Source of the DNA: Lingula anatina
Lineage: Eukaryota > Animalia > Brachiopoda
Direction: 5' to 3'
DNA length: 64,000 nt
Assembly: GCA_051362555.1 (NCBI GenBank)
Contig: CM120644.1
Location: 9,122,954-9,186,953 of the forward strand
Of the stretch, positions 39,556-52,529 are shown in pieces. The first letter of the stretch is position 1. Each line of letters begins with the position of its first letter. A program made the position numbers and the translations under genes. Under the pieces are notes generated by a model. That model was not told where the DNA came from. It did not search any database and was given only the letters and a program-made list of their open reading frames with translations.

Positions 39556-40942
39556 TTCTGTTATCCTCGTTGACTAATTCTTGATTGCTGTATAGTCTTA
39601 AGTTCTTTATAAATAAGAATATGGTCCACTTTTTTATCAATTGATCGAAACATGTTAGTGTTAGTGACCCGTAAACATGTTAGTGACCCGTACACGCCAT
39701 TTTGCTTGTCATGCGGTCTGTCCAACCAGGGTCTTTCTATACATCCAAAGACTTTTCCGAGCGTTGGGAATCCTGCCTACTCCCCTGCCTGCTGAATAAC
39801 GCGTCACCCAACCATTTGAAACCACAGCTCTCCTTAAGTCCGGTGCACACTGAACGTTAGGTCCTAAGCGACCTGCCTTAACTAATATGAGTTATGTGTA
39901 TCTGTAGGTTTTCCGGGACTCATCGTTAGCCCAACTTCCAGTTACGCAAGACAGATGCTCAAGTAACAGTAATCCTGATATCAACACTGTAGGCCTTTCC
40001 TTGGCTATTAGTATTTGCTTCGCATGGGACCATGAACCGCGTTGGGTGGAAAAACAAGGTATATAGTCATTCTCTCTTCTCGTGACATGCTTTATTTATA
40101 CCACGGCTGAGCCAGCAGATAATGGGATATTTGCGGCAATATTTTGCTTACAAGAGACCGTGTGCTTGGCTGTATGTCGATGAGCATCAGCGCATTCAGT
40201 GAATGCCTTAATTGTTCACGGAAGGTCAAGGTCACGTTACCTATTTTTAACCCCAAAACATACCTAAAGCTAGGGTCCAAAATAAATTATTTTGGATCTT
40301 AGCCTAAAACAAAAGCTAAAAATGAAAGAAAATGTGTACAACGTATAAATACTAGAAATAACACAACAAGCTATTATTGCAAATTTCGCCTGAAAATAAG
40401 ACGATGTTATATTACATGAATATATATATTAAATTTCCAGCTATTTCTTTTACCGTCTTTTAACATAGTAATTTTTTAACGATTGAAGGCACAGTAATAA
40501 TTACCGAATCTGGAGTGCCTATAATTAGATCATGCTTTCATATATTACTTACAATAGAACTTTATAAACATCAACGGTTTTATTAATAATATTTTATCTA
40601 TTAATATTTATATAGGTATATAACCATTTATTCAAGTAATATATAAATTATCCATGTTTAATTTTGATACATAATAAAACATGACTTTAGCATTCTTCAC
40701 GTGAATATTTAACCGCAAGTTTTTCTATCAGAGGTACCGAGTGATTCAATCTATTATAAGCTTTCGTGTTTTTGTTACATGTTTTGTTATATGCTATTAT
40801 GACTAGCAATCCAAACTTGCCGCCATGTTTAATTACATGAAAGACACATCAAAATGACGTATTATGCATACGCAGAGGACATTGCAACGGGATTTACGTG
40901 TCGCAAATAATAGCCTCGAAACTAATGGTGATTTCGCTATTA

Positions 40943-43008
40943 CGGCTGTTTCACAATCAGGGTGAACAATTAAATGAGGTTAATGTTACAAGTATCTGAT
41001 AAATTAACAATTTATGATTGGAGATTGCTGATAGACTAATATCAAAGACACTGTTCATAGGAGCAAAATAATAATAAAAAAAAAAAGAATTATAATAATC
41101 GGATTACAATATACAAAAATATAGCCAATTATGTGTTCAAAAAGTACCTATTTTTAGCTGTTACGGTGGGTCATTTGCCATGAAGGTCATAAACATGATG
41201 CACTAGCTCTTTATATCAATGATTTATGGTGAATATGATATTGGTGTATAATTCCCACAACATGTGTCTTCTCTTCTAGCAGGTTCTTCCAAAGATATGT
41301 TCTGAGAAAAAAAATAATATTTTAACCATTTTGTAGAAACGGGTTTTGATACACATTTTACTTATTTTTGTTAATGCAATGAAAAACATATTTGATAAGG
41401 CCAAATATTATTTTGAAATCACCTACGTGATAATAAGATGAATTTACCATGTTACCTGTATGACTTAAACATAATAAAGGAGTTGTGCATATGTAACCAT
41501 TATTATTAATGCTATGATATTTATAATCATGAGCCCCTTGGTGTCTCCTACTTTTTATAGTGTCCGTACCCCCCCCCCCCCCATCTGTTTTATTTAGGAA
41601 TTACAGTATATTCTGTCTGATTTTATTATTCTATAATGTCTACACTGACATTTATTTTGCAGGAAGAAAATAGCACATAACCCCTTATTATGAAAAGATA
41701 TGCAAGAATTTGGTGCCAAATGTAGTGTCCGTACCCCCAAGTTAAACATTAACCATTGGATAACTGTTTGAATATCAATGATGATAAAACTTCAAAATAT
41801 GGTGCAAAATATTGTTTTAGACTATATAAAATGCATTCATGTCTTATGATGTTTAGAAAAAACATTGTATATAAATATATATTCAATAAAGTGATACTGA
41901 TTAGAGTCAGGCAAGAGATTTTGCAAAGAAATAATATCAGTAAAGATGCTACTCTTTGCATTCAAAATGAACAATATTGGTTTGAATATATTGCCAAATA
42001 TAGCTAATTGCAAAATAATAAGCTGTATATGGATTAATATTCTATGGATTAATGTATATGGGATATATTTTGAGGGGGTACGAACACTTCAGTACATGAA
42101 TAATTAACAGTACATTTATTATACTCTCAGTAAATGAAGTATCAAATATGGATGACAATAAACAAAAAGCCAAACAGGAAAAGAAAAAGGGATCCTGAAA
42201 ATTTTACTGTCAGCAAAAAATAATTTGAAAAAAAAAGACGTCAAAGAGCTAATATCTGTAAAGATGCTAATAATCTTGCTGAAGCGCGTAACATAGCATA
42301 GAAGCAAAAAAAAAAAAAAAATGAAGAATCATCCTAGGCTGGCCCAGCAAGAAAGACTAAAGTAAAGAGAAGAAATAAGGGCGTACTGACAGAGAGTCAA
42401 GGAGAAGCAGAAACCCAACAATCCTGAAAACAGTAGAACAAGAGGTGCAAATTAACGAGAGATGAAAAAGAAGGAAAGACTCCAAAAACAGGAATCAAGA
42501 CTGAAACAAACAAAAAAAAATGAATAAATAAAAAAGGTCAAACAACAGAAAGAAAAGTTTAAATTAAAGCCTGGTGAATGAAAGTCAAACTGAATGACAC
42601 ACAACCAAGCTCCAGCATCCACTGTAAAACGTGCTGTGGTGTTTCTCTAAAAAACTCTTTGATTAATTCATGTACTTGTATCCTTTTGGTTAAAGTACTG
42701 CTGTTATATCTTTAGTTTGATATTTTTTTAGAATTTTGGCAAAAATAACTGGTAAACAATATGATATTTCAGTTACAAAAGCATCAGTTACTTGAATGTG
42801 TAGTGCCCGTACCCCCAGATCATAGTCTAAGTGGTGTTCTGTTAATTTGAGCGTAGCACAAAGAGTAATTAATATTGCGTTCTAAAATTGTGGATATCAT
42901 AGTTAAGAAGTTATTCTTTTTATCTGTTACAAAATTAAACAAATGCATCAGAGTTCATTTGTCTCTCAATGTGACCCCTATTTTGTACCCCTGATCGTGA
43001 AACAGCCG
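40943..43008. mobile_element. ~2.1-kb TIR element with 4-bp TSD (Sola-like, or Tc1/pogo-related)
   Basis: TIR CGGCTGTTTCAC(A/G)ATCAGGG with ATTA on both sides. It has internal AGTG(T/C)CCGTACCCC repeats and is absent from the paralogous spacer at 35.9-36.5 kb. Confidence 0.7.
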
Positions 43009-44011
43009 ATTAGCACACGCTCCCGATTTGCGAGGCTTTCGAAGTATGGGATAGCGAGGAATCGCCATGCTTGCGCCCGCTCGCCATAAGCGATGCTTTC
43101 GAGATACGAGGCCCTGAGTAGCATTAATCACGTACGACTAAATATGATAGCGGAGTAGCCAATGGACAGCCGTGGTTTAAGTCAGTTACAACTACTCGTC
43201 GGTCACTGCATGTGATATACAAGAGTGTGATCATCGATGCGCCTCGATGATCACACTCTTGTATATCACATGCAGTGACCGACGAGTTGTTGTAACTATT
43301 ATATAATACCCTCGACTATATCGTCACGCAAGGGCAATCATCCAGAAACATTGCCCTTGTTTACTCCCTGTTATATGCTTAAAAATGATGTTTGTATTTT
43401 GATAATTAAAGACCGGTTAGAGGGGGAGCACTCTCCACCAGGTCGCCACAAACAAGCTTCTCCAAGGTTGGACATTACCAGTCAAATATTATCTATGAAA
43501 ACCATATTTATTTATTACCAATCCAAAGCTTTATATTAACATCAAAATCAAGTAGTGTTATGTAAATTCAATGATGTCTTGGCTTATATACATGAAACTC
43601 AAAGCTGAGCTCGATGACTCTTTAAACATTGGTCGTTTCTCATGAAGGATTTCATAAGGTGCCAATCTATAAATGCTAAATGTCATTATTAGTCTAGTTA
43701 ATGAAATATGACAGTCAGTTGAGGTTTTGGTCGTGAAATTACTCCAAAACTGACATTAACTTTAGAATAACGCAATGAACAAATGGGATTACTGTGACAT
43801 TATACACTTCAATAATTTGGGCAACAAAGAGGCCTCAATGATACATGATTATTAAATCAATAAGTCCATTCATGTTGATTGATTTGAGACCCCTTCAATG
43901 ACAAAATCAATTGAAATAATGTCAATTGCATACAAACAGAAAGAGATAATAAGATAATTAAACCAATTCCAAAAACAAACTAATAAAAGGAGACAGAATG
44001 AATTTATAAAC

Positions 44012-45912
44012 TTAGCACAGTCCGCACTCGTTAAAGAGTAATGCAAATACATTATTCCATTTTAGTACTGGAATATAACTTTTCCTAGCACATTTGTGAA
44101 AAGTGTCGTACAACCCCACGGTGCTTTCGTTGGCTTTCAAAATCTGTTGACCCGCTTCGTTTGCATGTGGCAGAAAAAAATCGACGTTGGAATCTCGTGG
44201 AATGAGGTCCACCAAAGCCTTGAAGAGAACCAGGGTTCCGATCGTATTTTCTGCATAGAGGGGTCCAAGGTAGAAACCGTTCATAGCAGGCCTGATTGAT
44301 CCGTAACCGGCTATCTTTCCCTTCTCCAACAAGACGAGCGTTTCTGCCGTTGTTTGGCCAAGCCAAATCTTCAGCATTTCCGGTCTTGGTACCACGTGGA
44401 ATGACGTATCATATTCAATGAGGTCCGACAGTTCAACTTGGCGCAGGTCAGATAGATGGTATTTGCGTAAGGCATCCGGTGGAAGAGGGATGTCCTTGAA
44501 GACGCCGAAATATTTTCCTCCCGTGTCTCCACGAGAGAGCGGAGCACCGTTGTATCTTTCATATGTATCTATCATGTACGAAATGGAACTAAAATGAATA
44601 TTTCTTTCGCCATATTCCTCTGCAATGTTTCTCAGTATTTGTCCCCCTACAATGAAATAAAACCACAGGAGAAAATCAAAATATTCTTTCTGTTAGCAGT
44701 ATGTATACTATAAGAACTAACTATAACAGCGCATTCAGAACACGCTGATATACGGACTTACACATCTGCGGAGCAAATATAGTAGACCCACTTGAAAGTA
44801 AGGCCTCCTAATCCTCTTATGGTCTCATCGGCTCCCCACGCGCCACACTCCACAATTTAACAGATTAAACTCTAAACAATTGAACACTTGGGTCTTCATT
44901 TCAAAATTCGCAATCATAACAAAATAGTTCTAGACTTTGTGTTTCGGTCATCATGCGGTTTATTGACACAAAGCTGAGATAATTAAGCGAAGCTTAATTG
45001 TAATTGTAGTCATAACTATTTAAGTTGTTATTCATTGTCTAACCAAGGAGTGTTATAACTCCTTGGTCTAACAGATTTCAAATGTAGCTGTTAAAGAGTT
45101 GGCAATACCACCATATGTCATGTACAATTTGAAAGTGGAAAAATGGCGATATGTATAAACGTATATAACTTATATAGTTGACTACTGGTTGGAAATGTGT
45201 TTTTACTGGAACTCGATTTAACGCTCTTACCTACACCATAACCGCGCATCTTTGGCGACACTATAAAGTGACCCCTGTAGTCAGGTCATCATTAAAGTCG
45301 TGTGTCAAACAGCAACCTACAAATAAATTATCATCGTTAATACGGTATAAACTGTACCTAAAATAGAGATTGATCGTGTATTCTATCCATGAGACATGTT
45401 TCAACCATTCAACATATCAATTTTTATCATAATTAACTCAGACAATAATACTCCCCCCCCCCAAAAAAAAAAATAATAATAATAAATGAATAAATAAATA
45501 AACAAAAAAAAAAAAACAAAAAAAACAACATTACACGTGTAGACATTAATCAATTATTTGAGGGTAATGTTTGTAGAAATAATACTGACCCACAACATTT
45601 CCGTCCTTTTCCGCGACAGTCCAGCCATTTTCACACATTTTGAAGAGGGTTTCAGTCATGTCTTGATGTGTATTCCACATGGCTTCTTCTGAAAGTTGCC
45701 ACACCCCAGGGACGTCTTCCATTCTTCCTCGGCGTATAGTGATCCCTTGAATCCCCTCCGTGGTCGAAGTAAAAGGACGCTGAAACACAGGTCTCTGTGT
45801 CCGGAATCTGCAAAATGGATCTCCAACTAAGACCGAAGACAGACGTTCATCGCGCACAGCATTGAAAAAAGCGTGAAATCGTCACATGTCTTCGTACTGT
45901 AAAACCAAACAT
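44012..45912 (-). pseudogene. Tandem-GNAT copy 7, two homopolymer indels (may be assembly errors); exons 44012..44646, 45231..45316, 45590..45912
   Basis: Exon 1 is 323 bp (A6 vs A5 at ~45865-45870) and exon 2 is 86 bp (C4 vs C5 at ~45272). The copy is otherwise almost identical to copy 9, and exon 3 is intact. Confidence 0.65.
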
Positions 45913-46215
45913 TTCTGTTATCGTCGTTGGCTAATTCTGGACTGCTGTATAGTCTCAAGTTCTTTAGGATATGGTCCACCTTTTTCAATCGATGGAATGC
46001 TACTAATTTTCTTGTAGAGGTAAAAAGGAACTACATGTGCGTATACATGTAAGTGACCCGTACTCACTTGCTATTCTACTTGTCATGCGGTCTGTCCAAC
46101 CAGGGTCTTTCTATAAATCGAAAGACTTTTCCGACCGTTGGGCATTCTGCCTACTCCCCCGCCTGTTGAATAACGAGTCACCCAACCATTTCAAACCACA
46201 GCTCACATTAAGTCA

Positions 46216-46383
46216 GGTGTAACGAAACTGAGGGTCTGTGTAACAGAAGGTCCGCCCTCCATATTGTTATAATGGTTAGGGTTAGCCTGACCTAAGTGGG
46301 TCAAATCGTAGGGCGAGGCTCACCTGTACAAATGAATGGGAAGCGGACTCCCTGTAATGGGGGACTCTCTGTCACGTTACACC
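46216..46383. mobile_element. Small MITE (GGTGTAACG termini, internal GGTTAGGGTTAG)
   Basis: Inverted termini; absent at the paralogous site ~35320. Confidence 0.6.
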
Positions 46384-46518
46384 GGCGCACACTGAACGTT
46401 AGGCCTAAAGCTACCTGCCTTAGCTAATCTGAGTTATGTGTATCTGTAGGTTCTACGGGGCTCATCGTTAGCCTAATTTTCAGTTACGCAAGACAGATGC
46501 TCAAGTAACAGTAATCCA

Positions 46519-46667
46519 GGGCCCCGTATCTCGAAGGCATCGCGTATTGCGAATAGCGATATTACATAGAGGCTACAATGTATTATATGGGGCGAGTATG
46601 GGCGAGTTTTGGAATCGAGACGCTTGGGCTCGGTCGCAATGTGCAATGCTTTCGAGTTACGGGGCCC
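46519..46667. mobile_element. ~150-bp Harbinger-like MITE family B (another copy 3631-3777; halves ~43050-43113, 53345-53412, 57225-57318)
   Basis: TIR GGGC(C/T)CCGTA(A/T)CTCGAA with CWG-type flanks. Empty sites are at ~35455 and ~9747. Confidence 0.75.
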
Positions 46668-49600
46668 TGATATCAACACTGTGGGCCGTCCCTCGGCTAT
46701 TAGTATTTGAGACTCATGGGACCATAGCCGCGTTGGGTGGAACAACGAAGTATGTATAGGTGATGCCACCAGTGAAAAGTCATTCTCTCTTCTCGTGACG
46801 TGCTTTATATACATGTATAACCGTCTGAAACGAAAACAAAAATGTTTTTAACGGCTCTCATCAAGGCGGGTGAGTGGGGAGGAAATCTTAGTTTCTGACA
46901 AAAAACGGCATCATTTGAGTTCCCATTTTTATCTTATAATCATAGTAAATTAATCTACCCTATCCCGTATTTATTCATTTCTAAATTGAATAATTAAATT
47001 ATTCATTTACAGTATGGTATTAAGTTCTTAAAAAAAGGATTTGTACACAAATGCATGTGTAATTGGATTGATATCGTTATTGATAATGAGTACATGCTGC
47101 ACATAGGAGAGATACCTTCTTTACAATTTCCATAGCGCTATGTTTTATAAAAATTACACTATTTGTTTGAAAAATAGCAATGGGGATATTTACAAAAAAT
47201 CAAAACATAAAAATAAAAATCAAACTGACACATTGACTATATTATTATGGCATGCGACCCTCTTATTTTCTTTCTATTTATATTTCTTTCTATCGGACAA
47301 ATATAAAAGTGAAATTTTGATGTTAAACGTGTCTTTTACTTGTGGTCCCTACCTTGAGTCCTGCGTTGTCTTCACAAATTTTGATGGGCGTTTTTAGTAA
47401 ATGGAAATCATTGTAGAACGTCCGATTTCAGGTGATTCATGTTCTAAATTTGTTCTAAGTTTGTTCTAAGTTTGATTAGCATAAGTCAGCACCATATATC
47501 ACATTGATTACGATATGTGGAAAGACTTTACACACAAATGCTTAAACCTGTGACAGCCGTGATAATACGTAAACTAATAATATTAGTCATAACAATTATA
47601 ATAAAATACGATTATTGACGAGTTCAATCCTTTATTTGATCCTTTTCCCATATAAAAATCCAAACCTGCATTCACCGGCTGGTCAGTACGATCGGTGAGT
47701 GTTAAATTGGTGACCTTGTAACAACAACAATAATAATAACAATAATAATGATGATGGGTGACAACCTTTTTGGCCACCCAAATCCAGAATGAATTCTGTC
47801 AAATCCCAGAAATCCCAGAGGGGCGCCCCTGGTGGACTACCCTGGTCCTATGTGGTGTGGCATCCTGGGAAATAAACGGAAGAATCTTGCTCCCAAGATA
47901 TTTTCTATTTACGACCCACACCTTCGCACACCTGACAGCAAGAGGAAAAAAGGAACCTGTTGTCCCGGTGCTTATCTATCTCGGACAGCCACTTTGGAAA
48001 AACTCATGGCAATTTCCAGTGTCCTCCCTCCACTTGAAAATTTTACATACAGTGTGACAACACTTGCAATATTTTGCAGGGCAAAGTGATAACACTGCTT
48101 AGGACATATGCAGATATATCATTATATGACGGTAAAGATATAGAATGACGGTATCGTAGGGGTTATAGCGCGACACTAATAACCTCAGAAAAACAAAACC
48201 CTTGTCGTTTTTAATCTGTGCGCTTTATCATGATAGCAACTTGGCAGCTTTTATTCTACCCATATCTGATTACAGCATTAACAATAATTGCATATGGAAT
48301 TAACCCTATAACTATATACGCTTTACAAATCCTACAAAACATTTTACCTCTTGTCGTTGTTGATCTGTGGGTTTCATCATGAACGCAACTTGGCAGCTTT
48401 TATTCTATGCACGTCTGATAACAGCATTGACAATAAATGTATATGGAATTAACCCTATCGCTACATACGATTAAAAAACCTAAACCCACAAAACATTTTA
48501 CCACACACCTCCATATTACATGTACTAAGAACCTATTCATATAAAAGGTGCAATTTTTTGCCCTCCCCTGTATCTCTGACACAAGGCAACTTTACCGTTA
48601 TGGAAATATAACTGTTAATATATAAATTAACTGCTGCTCGTACATAAAAATACAGAGATAAATAATGCCCTCAAAGATATCGTCATCGTCATGCAAGGGC
48701 AACTGTCCAGAAACATTGTCCTTTTTTACTCCCTGTTATATGCTTAAAATTATTGTTTGTATTTAGGTAAACAGTGCTATTTAACGCCGGTTAGTGGGGG
48801 AACACTCTCCACCAGGTCGCCAGAAACAAGCTTCTCCAAGGTTGGACATTACCAGCCAAATATTATCTATGAAATCCATATTTATTTATTACCAATCCAA
48901 AGCTTTATATTAACATCAATATCTCTCTAAGTAATTTTGAGTAAGTCCTCTATTTCCGAGATATAAAGGGTTGTTTTTTTATGTTACGTGCGTATAGACG
49001 GACAATATATATACATGTATAACTAAACATTTTACATGATATGATATGCTTTTTATTCCGTAATTTAAGGCCTCCGACCCAAGATACATGTCCAACTTCA
49101 CCATAATTTTCCACTAGTAGTAATGTAATTATGTACACTGAATAAATATGAACATATATCACACGTGTATACAATTAATTGCAACACTTGATTGCATGCT
49201 CATACTTGCACTGCATATGAACTTCATATAAAATACAGCACAAAATGGTTCTTAATGTAAATTAAACGAATAAACTTATTTACTTTTATAACGAAAACAG
49301 ATACCAGTAGACAGAAGACTATTCAATACGCAAAACAATTATCTTAATATAAACCGGGTCTACAGGGATCAAACAAAGATAATGAAGATCAACGACAAAA
49401 CCAAAAAAAAAAAAGACAGCATAGAAGTAAAACTAACTTGCCAGTTAGTGGATCAGTATAACCTATAAAGTGGAAAACAAAATATCGCCAAGTTTTGTTA
49501 TGTTAGGTCGATGATTTCTTAGCCTACATACATGAAACTCAAAGCTGAGTTGACACTGTAAACATTGGTCTTTTCTCATAAAGGCTTTCATATGGTGCCA

Positions 49601-49924
49601 AGTTATAAAAGCTACATGTCCTTATCACTCTTGTTGATGACATACGACGGCCAGTTGAGGTTTGTTGCTGCAATTACTCCAAAATAAACATTGGCAAAAC
49701 GCAATGAATAAATGGGATAGCTGTGACATTATACACTTCAATAATTTGGGCCACAAAGAGACCTCAGTGTTACATGAGTAAAAAATCATTCAGTCCAATT
49801 GACCTGAGACCCCTGACAAAATCAACTAAAATAATGTTAATTGCATACAAAGCAAAAGAGACAATAAGATAATCCAAAAAGCAAAAACAAATTTACAAAA
49901 ATGAGACCGAATGTATAAATAAAC

Positions 49925-51347
49925 TTAGCACAGTCCGCACTCGTTAAAGAGTAATGCAAATACATTATTCCATTTTAGTACTGGAATATAACTTTTCCTA
50001 GCACATTTGTGAAAAGTGTCGTACAGCCCTACGGTGTTTTCGTTGGCTTTCAAAATCTGTTGACCAGCTTCATTCGCATGTGGCAGAAAAAAATCGACGT
50101 TGGAATCTCGTGGAATGAGGTTTATCAGAGCCTTGAAGAGAACCATGGTACCGATCGTGTTTTCTGCATAGAGGGGTCCAAGGTAGAAACCGTTCATAGC
50201 AGGCCTGATTGATCCGTACCCGGCTATCTTTCCCTTCTCCAACAAGACGAGTGATTCTGCCGTTGTTTGGCCAAGCCATAACTTCAGCATTTCCGGTCTT
50301 GGTACCACGTGAAATGACGTATCATAATCAATGAGAGCCGACAATTCAACTTGGCGCAGGTCAGATAGATGGTATTTGCGTAAGGCATCCGGTGGAAGAG
50401 GGATGTCCTTGAAGACGCCGAAATATTTTCCTCCCGTGTCTCCCTGAGAGAGCGGAGCACCGTTGTATCTTTCATATGTATCTATCATATACGAAATGGA
50501 ACTAAAATGAATATTTCTGTCACCATATTCTTCTGTAATGTTCCTCAGTATTTGTCCCCCTACAATGAAATAAAACCACAGGAGAAAATCATAATATTCT
50601 TTCTGTTAGCAACATGTATACTATAACAACTAATTATAACAGCGCATTCAGAACAAGCTGATCTGCGGACTAACAGATAGTGGACCCACTTAAAACCAAG
50701 GCCTTATCCTCTAAAGGTCTCCCCGACTCCCCACGCGCCACACAATTTAACCATATTAAACTCTAAACAATTAAACTCTTGGGTTTACTTCTAAATTCGA
50801 AATCATATCAAAATAGTTCTAAACTTTGTGTTTCAGTCATCTCGGCGGTTTATTGACCCAAAGCAGAGGTAATTAACCGAAGCTTAATTATAATTATAGC
50901 CATTGCAATTTTGGAAGTTATTCTTTGTCTAACAGATTTCAAATTAAGCTGTTAAAGGGTTGGCAATACCATCATATTTCATGAACAATTTGAAAGTCGA
51001 TTAGTAGCGATCCACCGTTGAAATGTATAAATGTATATAACTTAGACAGTTGACTACTAGTTGGAAATGTGTTTTTAATGGAACTCAATTTAACATACTT
51101 ACCTACACCATAACCGCGCATCTTTGTCGACACTAGAAAGTGACCCCCTGTAGTCAGGTCATCATTAAAGTCGTGTGTCAAACAGCAACCTACAAATAAA
51201 TTATCATCGTTAATACAGTGTGTGTAAACTGTTCCTAAATTAGAGATCGATTGATCGTGTATTCTACCGTCTGACGATGTAGTTCTAGTATCCCCCTAAA
51301 CAATAGTAAGTTTGATATATTTTTATATCCCCCTTAACAATAGTAAG

Positions 51348-51437
<90 letters not shown>

Positions 51438-52134
51438 ATTGTGTGTGTGTATTTGAGTTGATCCCTAATTGATCTATATTGTGTAGTACTTGTACTTTAT
51501 TTCACCTCTCTTTCCTTTCCCTGCATTAGGTCAGACATGATAATGTATATCTAACTATTTACGGTAATCACTCTGCGGATTACTTCTTGTATTTGTATTT
51601 GATCATGCCCGCATGTAGGGCGATTGTCAATAAACTTCTGTATACCCATATGAGACATGATATTTCAACTATTCAACATGCCAATTTTATCATCATTAAA
51701 CAAAGACAATGGATACCCCCAAAATAAATAAATAAATAAATGATTAAATAAATAAAGTAAAAAAATACAATTGTAGACCATTAATCAATTATGTGAGGGC
51801 AATGTTTGTGGAAATAATACTGACCCACAACATTGCCGTCCTTTTCTGCGATAGTCCAGCCATTTCCACATATTTTGAAGAGGGTTTCAATCATGTCTTG
51901 ATGTGTATTCCACATGGCTTCCTCTGCCAGTTGCCATACCCCAGGGACGTCTTCCATTCTTCCTCGACGTATAGTGACCCCTTGGCTCCCCTCCCTGTCC
52001 GAAGTAAAGAAACGCTGTGACACAGGTTTGGGCTGGTCGAGACTGCGACTTAAAGGGACTACTTTTTCCAACGGTGGGCATCCATCGAGCAGTCTACTGA
52101 AAAGGCGAGAAAATATCGCACGTTTTCTTATCAT
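49925..52134 (-). CDS. Tandem-GNAT acyltransferase copy 8, 343 aa, chimeric 5' end; join complement(49925..50559,51103..51189,51825..52134)
   Basis: Exons of 310+87+635 bp in frame. The N-terminus (MIRKRAIFSRLFSRLLD) is of the copy-10 type. Confidence 0.85.
51349..51439. repeat. (TA)n microsatellite
   Basis: Direct reading. Confidence 0.95.
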
Positions 52135-52490
52135 TGTTGAGTTATATTAATATTAAAGTTGTTAAGGAGAATGGTCCACTTAGCTTGAAGATATGAGAGT
52201 CATATTAAACCAAACTCAACCTCTTAACAATCCTCCCGTCTTTTAATATACCGATGTCAACGATGTATACGCTAGAACACAGTTGTTTTGCGCTGGATAA
52301 AATACGTCACATGACCATTTTTAACCGCATCCCTTGTCATAAAACCGGTCTACTACAACAGTCTTGTGGACATTGACCCAAGCTAGATGTACCCGTGAGA
52401 TGATTTATGACCTAAATGTCTATCTTCACAATAATTCTGAGATGACAGAATTCATTCTGGCTTTTGGTTGTCAGAAAGGTTGTCACCCAA

Positions 52491-52529
<39 letters not shown>

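Noticed and set aside
44085-44562. Recurrent overlapping ORFs (MAWPNNGR..., MKSVVQP..., MKDTTVL...) in many copies
   Set aside because: These are alternative-frame or antisense shadows of exon 3 that recur only because the DNA is duplicated. Their lengths vary and many starts are non-ATG.
46275-46290. Telomeric (TTAGGG) repeats, also at ~13950
   Set aside because: Only about 2 units, internal to MITE-like elements.
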